DNA of 64,000 nucleotides from Octopus vulgaris (GCA_951406725.2 OX597830.1:186001-250000); one strand, 5' to 3'; shown: positions 11,650-25,409, counted from the first letter of the stretch. Numbers and translations are program-made. The notes: a model not told the origin generated them from the letters alone.

Positions 11650-13300
11650 GGTGGAGGCATTTAGAACTCATACTAAACACTGGAGTGTCACGGATCAAAA
11701 ACATGTGCTAATATTTACAATGAAGTTAACCTTGCGATTTAGCGATTGTCTTCAGTTGTTGGTGATTTGTAATTTTGTAAATTTTATTTGGCAGAGAGTT
11801 GATGTTTGATGAAGAATTGAACGGTATCGTTTGGATGAATTTAGGATGTTGTGGTTCCTACGATTATGGATGACTACTAATGTAATATTTATATTTGTAT
11901 TTTTTGTTTTCGCCCTCTCTGTAAAGTGGAGATCGGAATTTCTTTTGCTTTGGTTATGGCTTGGTTTATTAACTTTTGGGGTATTTTTGTTTCTGAAGGA
12001 ACATATTTAGTTCTACCGGTAGTTTTTATCTCAAACTTAGTGAAGAAATCCAACATTTTTTATGTTAGGTGATTTTTGAATTTGCCCTTTAATTTATCAA
12101 TTTCACTTATTGCTCGTTATCTGCATTGGTTTCTACTGTTTGGAGAAATGTTCGTCATTTAGTTATTCTAAAACCATTTCCAAGTAATGGGTCTCATCCA
12201 TTATCCGTTGTCAGCGTCTTTAACGAATATAGAGAAATTTATTCTGGATACATTGCAATGTTTTCTTTTCTTCATTTGTAATATTTGATGCTACATTGTT
12301 GAGCGGAATGTTTAAAGTTTGCAGATCTGAGACACGTTACATGCCTTCCTTGAACCTTCCCTAAGCCAGGATGAGTGTTGGGTTCATCACTTTGAACCAG
12401 AGACAATGAGAGAATCTATGCAGTGGAAACATTCTTCCTCACCTGCTCCAAAGAAGGACAAAATGGTTGACCAACCTCTCTATTCTACTGATTTGGCCCC
12501 ATCTGACTATCATCTCTTCACAAAAGTGAAAAACAAAACCCACTTGACTGCGAATCAGTATTGCAGTGATGATGACGTCGTATCTGTTGCTGATGACCTT
12601 TTTGAGTAAGAGGATGAAAGTTTCTTCATTTATGGGATTCAAGCACTACAACACTAATAGAAGAAGAGTGTGGAGAGCAAAGGGGAAGTCTGTTGGAAAA
12701 TAACCTGATTTGGTCAGTATCTTTTATACGATCTACCATATCGAGTTTGGGAGTTGGTGTGGATTTGAGTCCATATTCGAGAAGTTCATTTTCTTTTCGG
12801 TAACCCACGATTAGACAAGAAATACTTACAAATCGCATTTACCCAGAAATGCCGATGTCAGAAATAACTATCCTTACTCAGGTCTGTTATTTTTTATGGA
12901 ACTGCTGGAGGTCACCCTGAATAACAAGATTACCAATGTTTCTAGGGTGGAAGAAGTGTTCAAAGTTCCCGAGATCTTTAAATCTTTCTTTGTGTAAATC
13001 TTGAAAATGTTGGGCATCACGTACAATTGCGTCTGTGTTTTCTTCAACAATAAGCATACATATGCCATGGGGTTTCAGGCAAAGCTTATTTTCAGAGATA
13101 CAGAGGGTTGAAACGCTTTTTGGACAATTAAGTCATTGTCCAACAAAAATCAAGCAGAGAATACCTCATCTGAAACAAATGGAAAAAATCCAAAGAAATA
13201 AGACGCTCTTCTAGCCAAGGAGTCACTACTGTTGCAGCATCATTTGTTTATTTTTGCTTCTGGTGAAAATATATTTATTTTGAATAAGAAGATTGAGTGA
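11650..13300 (-). mobile_element. Penelope-like element relics interrupted by a mariner fragment
   Basis: Minus strand gives LLEYGLKSTPTPK (resembles the PLE N-terminal GLxFxPTP motif) near 12750-12790 and KYPKKLINQAITK (post-RT region) near 11950-11990. Heavily decayed. Confidence 0.45.
12340..12720 (+). mobile_element. Internally deleted mariner fragment, same family as 7008-8248
   Basis: Very similar to 7630-7750 and 8005-8160 (QDECWVHHFEP, YSTDLAPSDYHLF). Confidence 0.8.
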
Positions 13301-13403
13301 ATTCCAGGAATTTATAATAAACATCACAATTCTTTTAATGATGTTTTTGGAAAAAATAGGAACACAATTAGGAACACACACATAATTGAGTTATGTATAT
13401 TTA

Positions 13404-13475
<72 letters not shown>

Positions 13476-13914
13476 AAGAGAGAGAGAGAGAGAGAGACAT
13501 AAATAAAAGAAAAATACACGCAAAAGTCACAATTTAATCTGTCTTGTAAATTCTTTATTTATGACGAGAATTTATATCTTTTGCATTGTAACAAAAAGAA
13601 GGCTTTTTCTTTTTTTCTTTTCCTTTTCTTGTCTCTTTTATTATTTTTGCCTACATTTTATATCTTTTCTTTTCACGACTAGCTTTAATGTTCTTCAACG
13701 TGGCATCGGAATAATATATTATGACATTTTCAACTTTTACAACAAAATGTATTTATCAAACTAAAGCATATGCTAACTTTGCTTCTTCCTTTTTACTGTT
13801 TGTTTTCTGGTATTTTTAGCTTATTTCCTTATAGCCTCTGTCTCATTCCTGTATTTATACAATATTGAACGTTTCTATGGTGCCGATTATGGATATGTAT
13901 TTTACAGTTTTACA

Positions 13915-13968
<54 letters not shown>

Positions 13969-13988
13969 GCATGTCTGTGTGTATCTAC

Positions 13989-14035
<47 letters not shown>

Positions 14036-14960
14036 TACGTATGCACAGTTAGAAGAATCGCTTATACTTTAAATGTTTAATATCTCATCATTTTTGCTGT
14101 CCTCTGAAGGGGAAACATATCCAGTGACCGACGAGAATATTTTCCCTACCTATGACTTTCAGAAAGATTAAATTTAACCGAACCAATGAGATAGCATTAG
14201 ACAATCACTGGACCGTCTAATGTAAGTAGTCAAATTTCAAAATTATGCCGTAAAGTCTTGAAAAATGATAAAATTGTTAAATATGAGCATACTAACTACA
14301 TATCAGAGAATGGCTGGAACGCCTTTTGTCAGAGATTTGTTTTATGAAGCAGCAGTAAAACTAAAATAAAACAAAACGCTTTTAATTTCCCATTTTAGAA
14401 TATTAAAATATAACATTCAGATTATAATTAATGATTCGATGATTTATAGAATACCATAAGTTTAGAATAAATAAGATTGGTTAAAAAGGTTCAAATCATT
14501 ATCTTTGATTGCTTTTCACGCATTTGTTTTTTTGAAATGTAGCTTCGTTCAAATGAATTTTAATAATGTTATTGTATAAGTTATTCGCTAATCCCCAGCT
14601 TTCTAACTTGTTAGTCCATCACAATTTGAGATTTTAGATATTGTGTAAAGCAGCACATATTTGAAATAGTCAGATGTTAATGCAACAAAAATATTTTTGA
14701 TCTTTAGATAGATCAGTTAAGGTTGATATGTGCCTGACCGACAACAACAAAGAGGAAATTTATTTGAAAACAAACCTCGCTTGTTTCTTGTTGATTTTTG
14801 CAGCAAACAGCGTCATTGGTCACGAATTTGCAACGAATTATTCACTGAATGACTGCATTTCAGAGGGAAGAGTGATAAGGAAATGTACGTTATTCACTAC
14901 AGAACACATCACAATATTTAAAGCAATCGCCTATTTACGGTGAAACATATATATATCAGT

Positions 14961-15136
14961 TCTATATTTAAGAGATGATGAATTGTGTACAATAATAAAA
15001 TCGAAAAATATATTAGGAATGAGAACCCAGGTTCGAAATTTCCCCAAGACACCTAAGGAAGGCTGGAGGATATATCAGCCGAAACGTTGTGTTAACAACA
15101 AACAAGATGAGGACAAATATCCGTCTAATGTAAATA
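14961..15136 (+). mobile_element. Short TSD-flanked insert carrying a core-mutated hammerhead motif (15049-15092)
   Basis: atatatatcagt flanks both sides (14949-14960 and 15137-15148). Inside: acac-CTAAGGA-a-ggctg...cagcc-GAAA-cg-TT-gtgt. Confidence 0.65.
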
Positions 15137-16034
15137 ATATATATCAGTATCTAGTATAATGTCTCATAAAAATAATCTGACTGCAAATGCAAATCAACTC
15201 GGATTCTCTGATCAATGATATCGCAGACTTGTTTGAAGAAGCACAGTTTCAGTTCCACGTATAAGGGTATAGGAATGTGGAGTTTACATCCTCTCTGGAC
15301 TTCAAGGGTTCAAGGAATCGATTTTAACATCCTATGAAGTGATTAATAAATATTTGGCTGTGTGTCTTATACCATATCGGGTTGAATAATGATTCCTTGG
15401 TAGATGTTGTAGTACTAGTGTGAGTGTAATTATAAACACACATACACACACAAATATAAATTGGCTTAACTCTGAATATTCTAGATCTTACATGCATTCA
15501 CCATGTTGGTTTGGGTAGGCTGATGAAACCTAACTCAACCAATTGAAGACAATTATTCCCACTGATAAGGTATTTTAGAAGTATATAGATTTCAACATGG
15601 AAATTGAAAATGGTTTTGACAGTTTTACAGTTTAAAGTTTTTTTCGTATGTAACTGTCTTTCCAGTTTTATTCATTAAATGCTTTCTACCTGGTCTGAGA
15701 ACGAATCCGAAAAAGCAGCTTTACTTACCTTCATATACCAATCCTCTCCAACACACATGTTAGCAATTTTTTTTCAATCTATTGCATAACATTTTTATAT
15801 CCCAGTCAACGATGTTCTATCTTAAAGTAATATAGTAATAAATAACTGCTTGGTTACCGACAGAAATATTGCAACATTTGGCAAATTGAAATTAGCTATG
15901 AAAAATAAAAATGAAAAACAACTATATTTCATAACATGTTCACCTACTTTTATAATATAGTTAGCAAACTGCAACCCCAGACTAATGAGTCATCATTCGG
16001 TCAAATACTACAACTGCTACTACTGCTGCTGCTG

Positions 16035-16068
<34 letters not shown>

Positions 16069-17110
16069 CACTACTACTACTAGCAACAGCAATATCAACT
16101 TTTCCAACAGTTTAATTAGTTGTGCGTATGACAGGTAATAATAAAACATGGACGTATTTTGTTTTATGCGCTTTAACGTTTGGTTTTAATCATGTCGACT
16201 ATTTCCAGCAGTTACTAAGTAACTGACAACGTTATTATATAAGTAACGTTATTATACCAAGGTAAGTTAAAAAGAAATAATAGTTTTTAATGAATGCAAA
16301 GTTGTCGTCGGAGATTATATTTAAAAAAATGTCAAGAATGAAAATAGTGTTGTTTATGTGGAACAAATTTTAGTTTCATATACAGGATTTGTCATAATTC
16401 ATTATAAAGGCAAAATGTCTATATATTTCAGTTTTCAAAAATTTTTCAAAGTGAGGAAAAAAATTATAAAGAAGATAATTTTGATTATTAGGAAACATGT
16501 AGATCTAAGGATAGTCGGATTAAGACAAGAGATTAAGCTTGAACTGAAGAATAAAGTTACTCACACAATTGTTTGAATTTTGTAGAAATACGATTTATTA
16601 TTTGTCACATTAATTTCTAAATCATTTTTCAGCTCTAAAGAACTTGGATATGGTTTTGTTATATGATTTTATATAGTCCTAATTCAGCCAAGAAACGCGC
16701 GTAGTTTTATACATTTATTATTGTATTAATTTTTATTGTTCAATTTATATTTTATTTGATTTTAGATTAATATTTTTATGATGAATGTTTCTTTGTATGA
16801 TATTCGTTGTGATTTTAAAAGTATTTTAAAAAGTATAATTGTATATTATATGATTGTAATAATTTTACTGTTCAATATTATATATTATTAAAATTTTAGA
16901 TTAGTATTTTGTATGGTATATGTCTCACAGCATGGTTTTGGACGGGTTCTTCATTGACTGAGTTGTGGAATGGTGGTTCGTCTCTAACTTAGTTATATAC
17001 ATATATTATATATTATATATTACGAAATTCGGTCTAATACTGAATTTTATCTGTAAGGTTGGAATAATAATTTATTCCCTATTACAATAGAAGACATAAA
17101 AAGTGCAAAG

Positions 17111-17670
17111 GTGTTATTGAGGAAAGAAGGCAATAGCATTTTCCTCAATACTCCACAAACACTAATAAATGAAACTAACAAGAAAACAATCATTTATAAA
17201 ATTTTCGAAAGAAAATACAAGAAATTACACAATGCCGCACCACAACTCGAAATAGCTCTAAAGCCCATATGGAGCCAAAAGAGCTATGTAACTAAGGGAA
17301 AGCGGTTTGGAACTGTAGAAGTTCGCTTCCCAAAAGAGGAAGAAGCAAAAAAGCATGCCATCCAAACATTACAAACAGATAATTTGTTACTCTTGCCAAC
17401 TTACCTTGGTCGGCGAGTAACGAAAATTAAAATTGACCAGGTGCCGCCTGAGCTGGATTTATCTTGGCTGGTGGCAGCTGTCCTCTATGACATAGATGAC
17501 ACTACCACTATTCTGGATGTATGGAGATTAAGGGAGAAAAACTGGTCAGGAATGGGAGTGTAGCTCCTGGCACAGATTCAGCAAGAAAATATAAATACGA
17601 TTCCAGATTCTGTAAATTTGCCGGACGGCACCAGATTACACCTTGCTGTAGAGGGGCGAAGGCCAAAGAG
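17111..17670 (+). pseudogene. L1/Tx1-type LINE ORF1 (disrupted)
   Basis: The ...VEVRF...LLLLPTYLGRR...VPPE...VEGRRP segment is homologous to 30314-30942, which keeps a CCHC knuckle. It lies directly upstream of an APE-RT ORF2. Confidence 0.7.
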
Positions 17671-17834
17671 GGGCGAAGGCGAAATTCCCTAACGATGTCG
17701 GGTCGCCAGGGAGAAATTTCTCCCCAAAACTATATAAAAACTTGGTGGAAACACCCGTGCAAAAGCACAAGGGAGTCACCCCACCAAACAACAGTAAGTA
17801 GAGCCTTTTTCTCCTTTTGACCTTTTAAAAAAAC

Positions 17835-19919
17835 ATGGCTAAACTCAGAATAGGTTGCTTAAATGTGAGGCCGCGGGTCACCTTGGAAACAGGGCCACCT
17901 GTTAAACGACCTGAGGTCTCACAGCGTGGATGTAGTAGCCATTAATGAAACCAGGCTCTCCGACCCGCAGGAACTCGTGGCCCTTTTCGGCGGATACGAG
18001 ATTTTTCTATCTCCGTGTCGGCCGGGAGCGGGCGGTGGTGGTACTGCGGTGCTGTTTCGGAAGGGCCAGGATTTGAAAATAAGGACAGTCTTCCTGGATC
18101 CAGAAGGTAAGTTGGTGGTCCTCAACGTAGACAGTAGTGATGGCGGTGCTTTCAGACAGCTGGCTGCCTACGCTCCGACAGGAGCAGGGCAGTCCGATTA
18201 TTTCAAGCGTCTGGAAGTTTCTTCGGAACGACACGCACTCTAGTGCTAGTTGGGGATTGGAACGCTGTCTTAGACGAACGTTTCGATCGGGTGGGTACGG
18301 GAGCTTCTGATAGGAGAGGGGGTGCAAGAGCCTCGCCAACCTGCTCGGGCGCTTTAGCTGTCCGACAGGTGTCAACTAGACAACCCGAATGTGCCAATGT
18401 GGACTTGGACTAATCGCATCGGGTCGTCTAGATCTTACTTAGATAGAGTATTCTGTAGGCCAGCGGATAAGGACAGCATAGGGTGTCCACATTTCCACCT
18501 AGTCGACTACACGGACCACAAATTCGTGATCTGTACGGTCGACTTAGATAGGCTACATAGTCAGGGACCCGGCTACTGGAAGCTGAACGCGTCGTTAACG
18601 GCGTGCAAAGCCTAAAGAGACCGGATTAGATTATTAGTTAAACGGGCACTCACGGGGGCAATCATCAACAACAACTGGTGGTTTGCCCTCAAGAGAGCAA
18701 TTAAAGCAGAGTCGTAGAAAAACAGAGCGGGATTTAGTTGGAAAACTAGACGAGGTTCTTGAGACAGGCATCGCAACCGACGTGTTGGCGGCTAGGTTGG
18801 CCCTCGACCAACACTTTGACGCAAAACACGAAGTCTGCGTTGTCAGAGCTAAGGCGCGTTCGCTAAGCGGGGAGGGGACTAAGGCCGCTCGGTGGGCCCG
18901 CGTGGCGGAGGCGAAGCGTGACAACAAAGCGACCATTCGGTCTTTGGTGGATCAGGACGGGCGCGAGGTTTCCGAACCGAAGCAGATGTGTGCGGTGTTT
19001 CAGCGGCACTTTGCTCAACTGTTTGGGACGAACGGTGGGACGGACAACGGTACAGACTTCGGTGTGTACCTGGACGGCCTACCGCAACACTGGGACAGCG
19101 AGGCAGAGTGCTGCAAAAGGCCGATATCTGCCTGGGAAGTGGAGGAAGCGATGAAAAGCTGCACGAGAGGTAGATCGCCGCGTTTGGATGGTCTGCCCTA
19201 CGAGCGTTACACTTCAATGACAGACTTGTTTGCGGGCCTCTTGGCAAACGTCTACTGCAACTGGCAGCAAAACGGGAGAATTCCTGCTTTTGTTTGTCGA
19301 TGAATGGTGGCTTTGCTGAGAAATGACCCAAACAAGGGGGACATTATAGGGAACTTTCAGCCCATCACTTTGCTCAATGCAGATTTGAAGATTTTGGCCA
19401 AGGTGTTAGTCAAGAGATTGGCGCTTGTCGTGGACAAGCTGACTGGCAATGCGCAGACATGCGCCGTGCTAACCAGGCCGATACACGATAATCTCCATCT
19501 CATGCGCTACATCATTGAGAGGGTGGGTAACGACGCTAGCGCGGGTGGGGCTTTGATCAATTTAGATCAGAGTAAAGCCTTCGATAGGGGTCGACCATCG
19601 ATACCTAGCAGCTGTTCTCAAGGCAGCCGGCTTCGGTCCAGTCTTCCGCGGGTGGATCGTTGCTTTATACAGCAACATCTGCTCGGTGATACGGGTAAAC
19701 GGTCACTTTTCAGAGCCGTTTGACATCTCGCGTTCGGTCCGCCAATGATGCCCTCTCTCCTCCCTCTTGTACGTATTGACTCTTGAGTCATTACTGCGCA
19801 AGTTGGAGGCTTTGAGGGGTATCCCGCGCGATCTAGGAGGTGGAAACAGCGTGTCTGCCTATGCCGACGACGTCACCATGATGGTGTCGAGCCACAGGCA
19901 CATTGACCTGATCGGCGAG
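17835..19919 (+). pseudogene. L1/Tx1-type LINE ORF2 (APE endonuclease + RT), frameshifted and 3'-truncated
   Basis: Endonuclease: MAKLRIGCLNVR, INETRL, GDWN, YLDRVF, TDH. RT: SPRLDGLPYE, PITLLNADLKILAK, DQSKAFDR, CPLS, YADD at ~19860. Ends abruptly at ~19919. Confidence 0.9.
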
Positions 19920-21628
19920 TGGCGCTCCGGCTTGGTATGAAATGCATATACCAATGGCTTGTGGTCGGTGTATATGGCAAAATTGGTACCTTCTAGCATG
20001 TGACGGAAATGCTTAACGGCCAGGTATGCCGCTAATAATTCCCGACTGAATATGCTGTATTTGGTTTCCGCGGGTTTTAACCGCTTAGAAAAGAAGGACA
20101 ACGGTTGTCATATGCCGTCAACAAGCTGCTGTAGTACACCTCCAACTCCGGAATCGGATGCATCAACGAGTAAACGCCGTGGGGCGTCTGGTTTTGGATA
20201 AACCAACATGGTAGCGTTAGATAACGCTTTTTTCAGGGCAGCGAAAGAGGTGAGTTGATCTTCGGTCAGTGCAATTTCCGTATTTTTGCAAGTTCGCTGA
20301 CGTAGCAAATCCGTGAGCGGTTGCGCTATCTCAGCGAGGTGGGGTACGAACCGTCGATAGAAATTCGCTAGACCGAGATATTCTCTAAATTTGCGGAGAG
20401 ATGTGGGTGGTGGAAAATCCACGATGGCCTTGACTTTCTCGGGAAGGGGATGAATTCCATCCTTATCGACGATGTGCCCAAGAAAATGAAGGGAAGCAAC
20501 TCCGAACAAACATTTACTGGGGTTGATAACAACACCGTATTTGCGGAGGCGTTCGAATAGCAGGTGAAGGTGTTGGTTATGTTCTTCGTCCGAGTTACTG
20601 GCCACGAGTATGTCGTCTATGTAGGCATAGACGAAAGGCAAACCTCTAGTCACCATGTCGATAAACCTTTGGAATGTCTGTGCCGCGTTGCGTAAACCGA
20701 AAGGCATACGCAGGAATTCAAACATTCCGAAAGGTGTAGTAACTGCTGTCTTCGAGATGTCCGCAGGTTCCACTGGGATTTGGTTGTATGCTCGCACAAG
20801 GTCGACTTTGGAAAAGATGCGAGCTCCATGCAGCGAGCTCGAAAAGTCTTGACGATAGGGCACCAGATAGGCATCACTAATAGTATTTTTATTCAGCGAT
20901 CGATAATCGCCGCAAACACGCCAATCGGTCGATGATTTTTTGGGGACGCAGTGTATCGGCGAGGACCAGTTGCTGCTGGAAGGGCGGAGGATTCCGAGGT
21001 CGAGCATATGCTGGAATTCCCGCTTGACGGCCTGGAGACGATCAGGTGGTAACCTTCTGGGTCTTGCAGTAACAGGTGGACCGCTGGTTTTAATGTGGTG
21101 GATAACGTCGTGCTTGATCGGCTGGTTGTGGAATACTGGTCGAGCGACGTCCGGATATTCCTTCAGGGTGGAACTGTGACGAGTCGTTGTTGTAAGCAAT
21201 ACAGTTGGGCTGACTGTGGCCATACGAGCGGCTATACCGCGCACAGTAAGCTTGGTGGTGCTGTCGACAAGTCGTCTGTCCTTAATATCTACCAGGAGAC
21301 CGAAATGATGCAGGAAATCGGCTCCTAAGATAGGGGTCGGCAGTTTAGCGACGACAAATACCCACTGAAAAGTGCGGCGTAGTCCTAAGTTCAGTGTTAG
21401 GGACTGCTCACCGTAGGTTGGGATGGGTGAATGGTTGACTGCGTGAAGACAGACTGGTGTCTCTTTTCTTTTTCCAGAAGTGTTGGAGACAGGGATGATG
21501 CTGATTTCCGCGCCGGTGTCAACCAGGAAACGCGTGCCTGTTACCCGATCGCAAACGAAAAACAGGCGACTGTGTGGGTGCGAACCTGGAACTTCCGTCG
21601 TGTTCAATTCCTGGCTGTGCCGTTTCCC
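19914..21628 (-). pseudogene. pol: Gypsy pol (protease, RT, partial RNase H)
   Basis: [14 protein letters not shown]...KK...[39 protein letters not shown]. In-frame stop at 20108-20110. Confidence 0.9.
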
Positions 21629-22326
21629 GAACTGGGTGAGGAAAACGAGCACGGTATCGTACATTTTTGCGCCCGTGTTCCGAATGTTCGGTGGTACCAA
21701 CACGTGTCATGTGAGTTGCGGGTAGCACTGGGGCTTCGGGACCGTCTACCATCTCGTCGCGATCGGCTGCTGCTTCGACGCTAGGAACTAAGCGATAGGG
21801 CCTGTATTTGGGTTGCGAGTGTCTGTATTTTAGCTGGAGGGTTCTCCAGTGGAAGCGAGAACAACCTGCGTATTGGAGGGCAGACGCTGGAGAAAAAGCT
21901 GCTTGAAAATTTTGTCCGGGAGGCTCTCATCTCCAAGAAGCTGCTTCATTCTACGTAGAAGCTGGGACGGCGTTTTGTCATCCAATTCTTCCGATATCAG
22001 AAGCTGGTAAAGTCGTTTCTGTTCAGATTCGGAGGTTCTGTTTATGAGTGTGGTTTTAAGAGTGTCGTACGACACAGAACCGGGTGGTGCCATGATAAGA
22101 TCGCGGACGACTTTGTGATTTCTGGCGACAGAGAACCGATAACATGTGAGATCCGAGACGCATCGCTCAGTACTCGGTGAGAGGAAAACTGTGCCTCTAT
22201 ATGGTAAAGCCATAATTCAGGGTCGTGGGTCCAGAACGGTGGAATTTTCAAAGAAATCGCAGCTTGGAATGCCATATCGATAGGAGGTATTATGTTGGCC
22301 GCTGGATTCTGTTCCGGGAGGGCCAT
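21604..22326 (-). pseudogene. gag: Gypsy gag (frameshifted) with CHCC motif and G GGA AAC slippery site
   Basis: LKIPPFW..DPELW...EAQF, YDTLK..LI.R, PSQLLRRM, LFLQRLP. C-terminus CWYHRTFG...KCTIPC..SGN...stop. gggaaac at 21622-21628 is in the gag frame, with pol in the -1 frame. Confidence 0.8.
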
Positions 22327-23255
22327 TGTGTTCGTCGGAATTCTCAGGTGTTTCGTTGCCGGGTGATGCGCAAGCTGTGATTCTTCGACGCGGTTGATGA
22401 AGCTGGTTCCGGGGAAGGCCGCAATTCGTTCACAGGGTTACCAAATGTAGTGGTTATGTGTGTATGTAAACAAATACATAAACCGATTATGATTAAAAAT
22501 GATTTATTTACAGTGTTATACGTACTCTACATACAAATGTAGGCAACTGCTACGAGTTGCTTGAATAGAGTACATATTAGAAATGAATATGTTTGTGTGT
22601 GTGTGCGTGTGTGCGTGTTTCATTCGAAACAGTAGTCGATCGGCACTTCGAGCATTTCTCTGTGTCTCTGTCGTCTGCCAAAAACTTGGGTCGTAGATAG
22701 ATCTATCTCATGTGTCTGCTCCCGTCTCTGCTGAGATTGTCTGCCTCTCTGTTTCACCCTTGTATTTATAATATTTGTGACAGCTAGAAAAACAGACATA
22801 CTGCAGCAGAGACAGTGCCTAAGTAGGTCAGCAGTTGTCCAGTTGAACTTCGCACGACATGGCTGAGGTTGCAGGTCAAAGGGAGATGATCAATCACTTT
22901 TTGTCAGAACAAAGCAAGCCTTCTTTTCGCGCCTTTGGTTGTCGTGGTTTGGGCGACCGAGGATTCTTGGATTCGGTTTCGAATCTAGGCTTAGAGAAGG
23001 AAGTGCTAATTCTTAAATATTCATATATAAATGCATAAATATATATATATATATATATATATGGATATATAAATGCATATGCATATGTATATATGTATAT
23101 GCATATATAAATACATATGCATATGTATATAGATGCATATATAAATGCATATATATGCATATATCCATGCATCTATACATGCGTATATATATATATGCAT
23201 ATATACATCCATATATATTATATATATATATTATATTATATGTATATATACATAT

Positions 23256-23299
<44 letters not shown>

Positions 23300-23857
23300 C
23301 GAAATGTTTGAAGAATGATTCCATCAACGTTATGCTATTCCCTTTGCTTTCTTCAAAAGTCCAGTAGTAAAGAAACCAGATCAGTGAAGTCATTAACAAA
23401 CCGAGTGTAACAACAACATAGAAAGGAGAGCGTGAATCATGACTATAAAAATATAAGGCTGCTGATTTTCAGGCACTATGAGTCAATTGTTTCATAATTA
23501 TAAACAATCTGTTCACTCTTTAGCTACTTTATCTACCATCACTAAGTTTAGCATTGTCCTTATAACGGTGTATACTACTATAATACACACATGCACACAC
23601 ACACACATATATGCACAACATTCCCCCCCCCAAACATATTACAAATGGGAGTGGTCCCTTTAAATCTTTTTTGTTAAATAATTTTCCCATTTTACAACTT
23701 ACTGCCGAAAACCCCACTAGTACACTAGTGTAAATGAGATTTCGTAAATCTAGAAATATCAGAATTAATATCTTTAGGAAAGTATTCCTTCATTTGTCCT
23801 TTGTTAAGAATTAAAGAACAAATAGGGAAATCTAAATTATCTTTAATAAAGAAATGT

Positions 23858-23910
<53 letters not shown>

Positions 23911-23949
23911 ATGTGTGTGTGTGTGTGTGTGCGTATGTGTACATATATA

Positions 23950-25003
23950 AAAGCAGAAATACCCGGCGTTGCTCGGAATTAAAATGGCATAGTTTATATA
24001 TAATATATTCTTTTCTACTCTAGACACAAGAAATTTTGTGGGCGGGGGCCAGTCGATTAGATCGACCCCAGTACACAACTGGTACTTAATCAGACCCTAA
24101 CCTGTCCTAGAAAATTGGAGGTGGAGGTTTTGTGATTTTTGAACGCACTGAAAAGCTGTCAGTGGACATACTCTGTTTTGCAGCAGTAGGCGCTGTGTCT
24201 AACACTTGCCATCATCTGAAATTTTAATACCGCCTTCGGATTAGTTGTCCTACATCACTCATAAAGTAAATTTGGCGGAACTGTAGTTATTCATTTGTAG
24301 GTGACAGGGAACCAATGCGGTACCCTTGAACTTTGACGTCGGCATAAATTCATGTTAGATGCACCAAACGATGGCATTTGAAATGCAGAGTTTTATTCTC
24401 TGATATTGTTCAGAAAATCCTTTGACTGGATGGAAGTGCCTTCTAGAAGATCGATAAGAGGTTGAGAAGGAGCTGGTAGTGCTGGCAATGTTACCTGACC
24501 GCACGAGCAGCACATACCATTTGTTTCATTTTAAAAATCTAAAGCTCTACAGAAACGACAATTTGTGTTTAGCACGTACGTCAATTTAGACAGAGTTATC
24601 ATTTTTATAAGAATGGGAAGGATCATATCTGAAAACAGCTTCAGGAGTTTTGAAGAACGAAACTGTACGTAATCTGTTTCTGAGAGTTATTCTACTGGGC
24701 CTCTGTCTAATCATTAAAACATTGATTTAAGGATTCAGCATTAAGTGCTGCAACATGCATTTGCTGATCGTGAGAAAATCTCATCTCTCTTCAGACTCTT
24801 GCCTTCGCTCTTCTACGATTCTCCTTGCTTTATACTTACTTCTGGAGAGATTATGTCTTTTCTGTGTTTCTCCCGCTCATTCCGTAAAAATTTATTTGAA
24901 GGGAGCAGAAATAGAAAGAAGAGAAAGCGAAAATGACAGAAAGAACGTGAAAGATATATGTATATATATAACGTGAAAGATATATGTATATATATAACGT
25001 GAA

Positions 25004-25044
<41 letters not shown>

Positions 25045-25215
25045 GGAAACGTGCGTGTGCGTACGCGTGCGTGTGTGAGAGGGAAAGAGAGTGGAAAGAG
25101 AGATATATTGAGTGAAGGTGTGTGTCGTGATGATTGATGTCTTTTAAGGTACGCACATATAGAAAATGTAATGTCACCGTATAAAATGTTTACGATAGTT
25201 GATTTATAGAAGAGA
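23950..25215 (-). mobile_element. Non-autonomous Helitron derivative retaining an N-terminal Rep fragment
   Basis: Minus strand ~24250-24560 gives ETNGMCCSCGQVTLP...LLEG...SKDFLNNIRE.NSAFQM..FGA...PTSKFKG-like text. The 3' hairpin remnant cccggcgttgctcgg (23958-23975) resembles the 52.3-kb element end. The 5' TC end at ~25215 is tentative. Confidence 0.65.
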
Positions 25216-25335
25216 TTATAATGTTAAATTTTTGAAATGCAAATGTGAATGGAAATTAAGTTTAATTTGTAGCCGAAATAGTACTGAATCTTTTGATACC
25301 CCATACATCTGTAACTCAGTTTTGGAATGCATAAG

Positions 25336-25407
<72 letters not shown>

Positions 25408-25409
<2 letters not shown>

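Larger units (their letters stand above)
19914..22859 (-). mobile_element. 3'-truncated Ty3/Gypsy LTR retrotransposon (CsRn1-like): 5' LTR, PBS, gag, PR-RT-RNase H; no integrase or 3' LTR
   Basis: Putative LTR 22446-22859 (tgtagtg...cacgaca) and a degenerate Trp-type PBS at ~22431-22443. See the gag and pol features below. Confidence 0.85.

Noticed and set aside
17022-17045. cgaaattcggtc, resembling a hammerhead 3' half
   Set aside because: No matching CTGANGA half found upstream.
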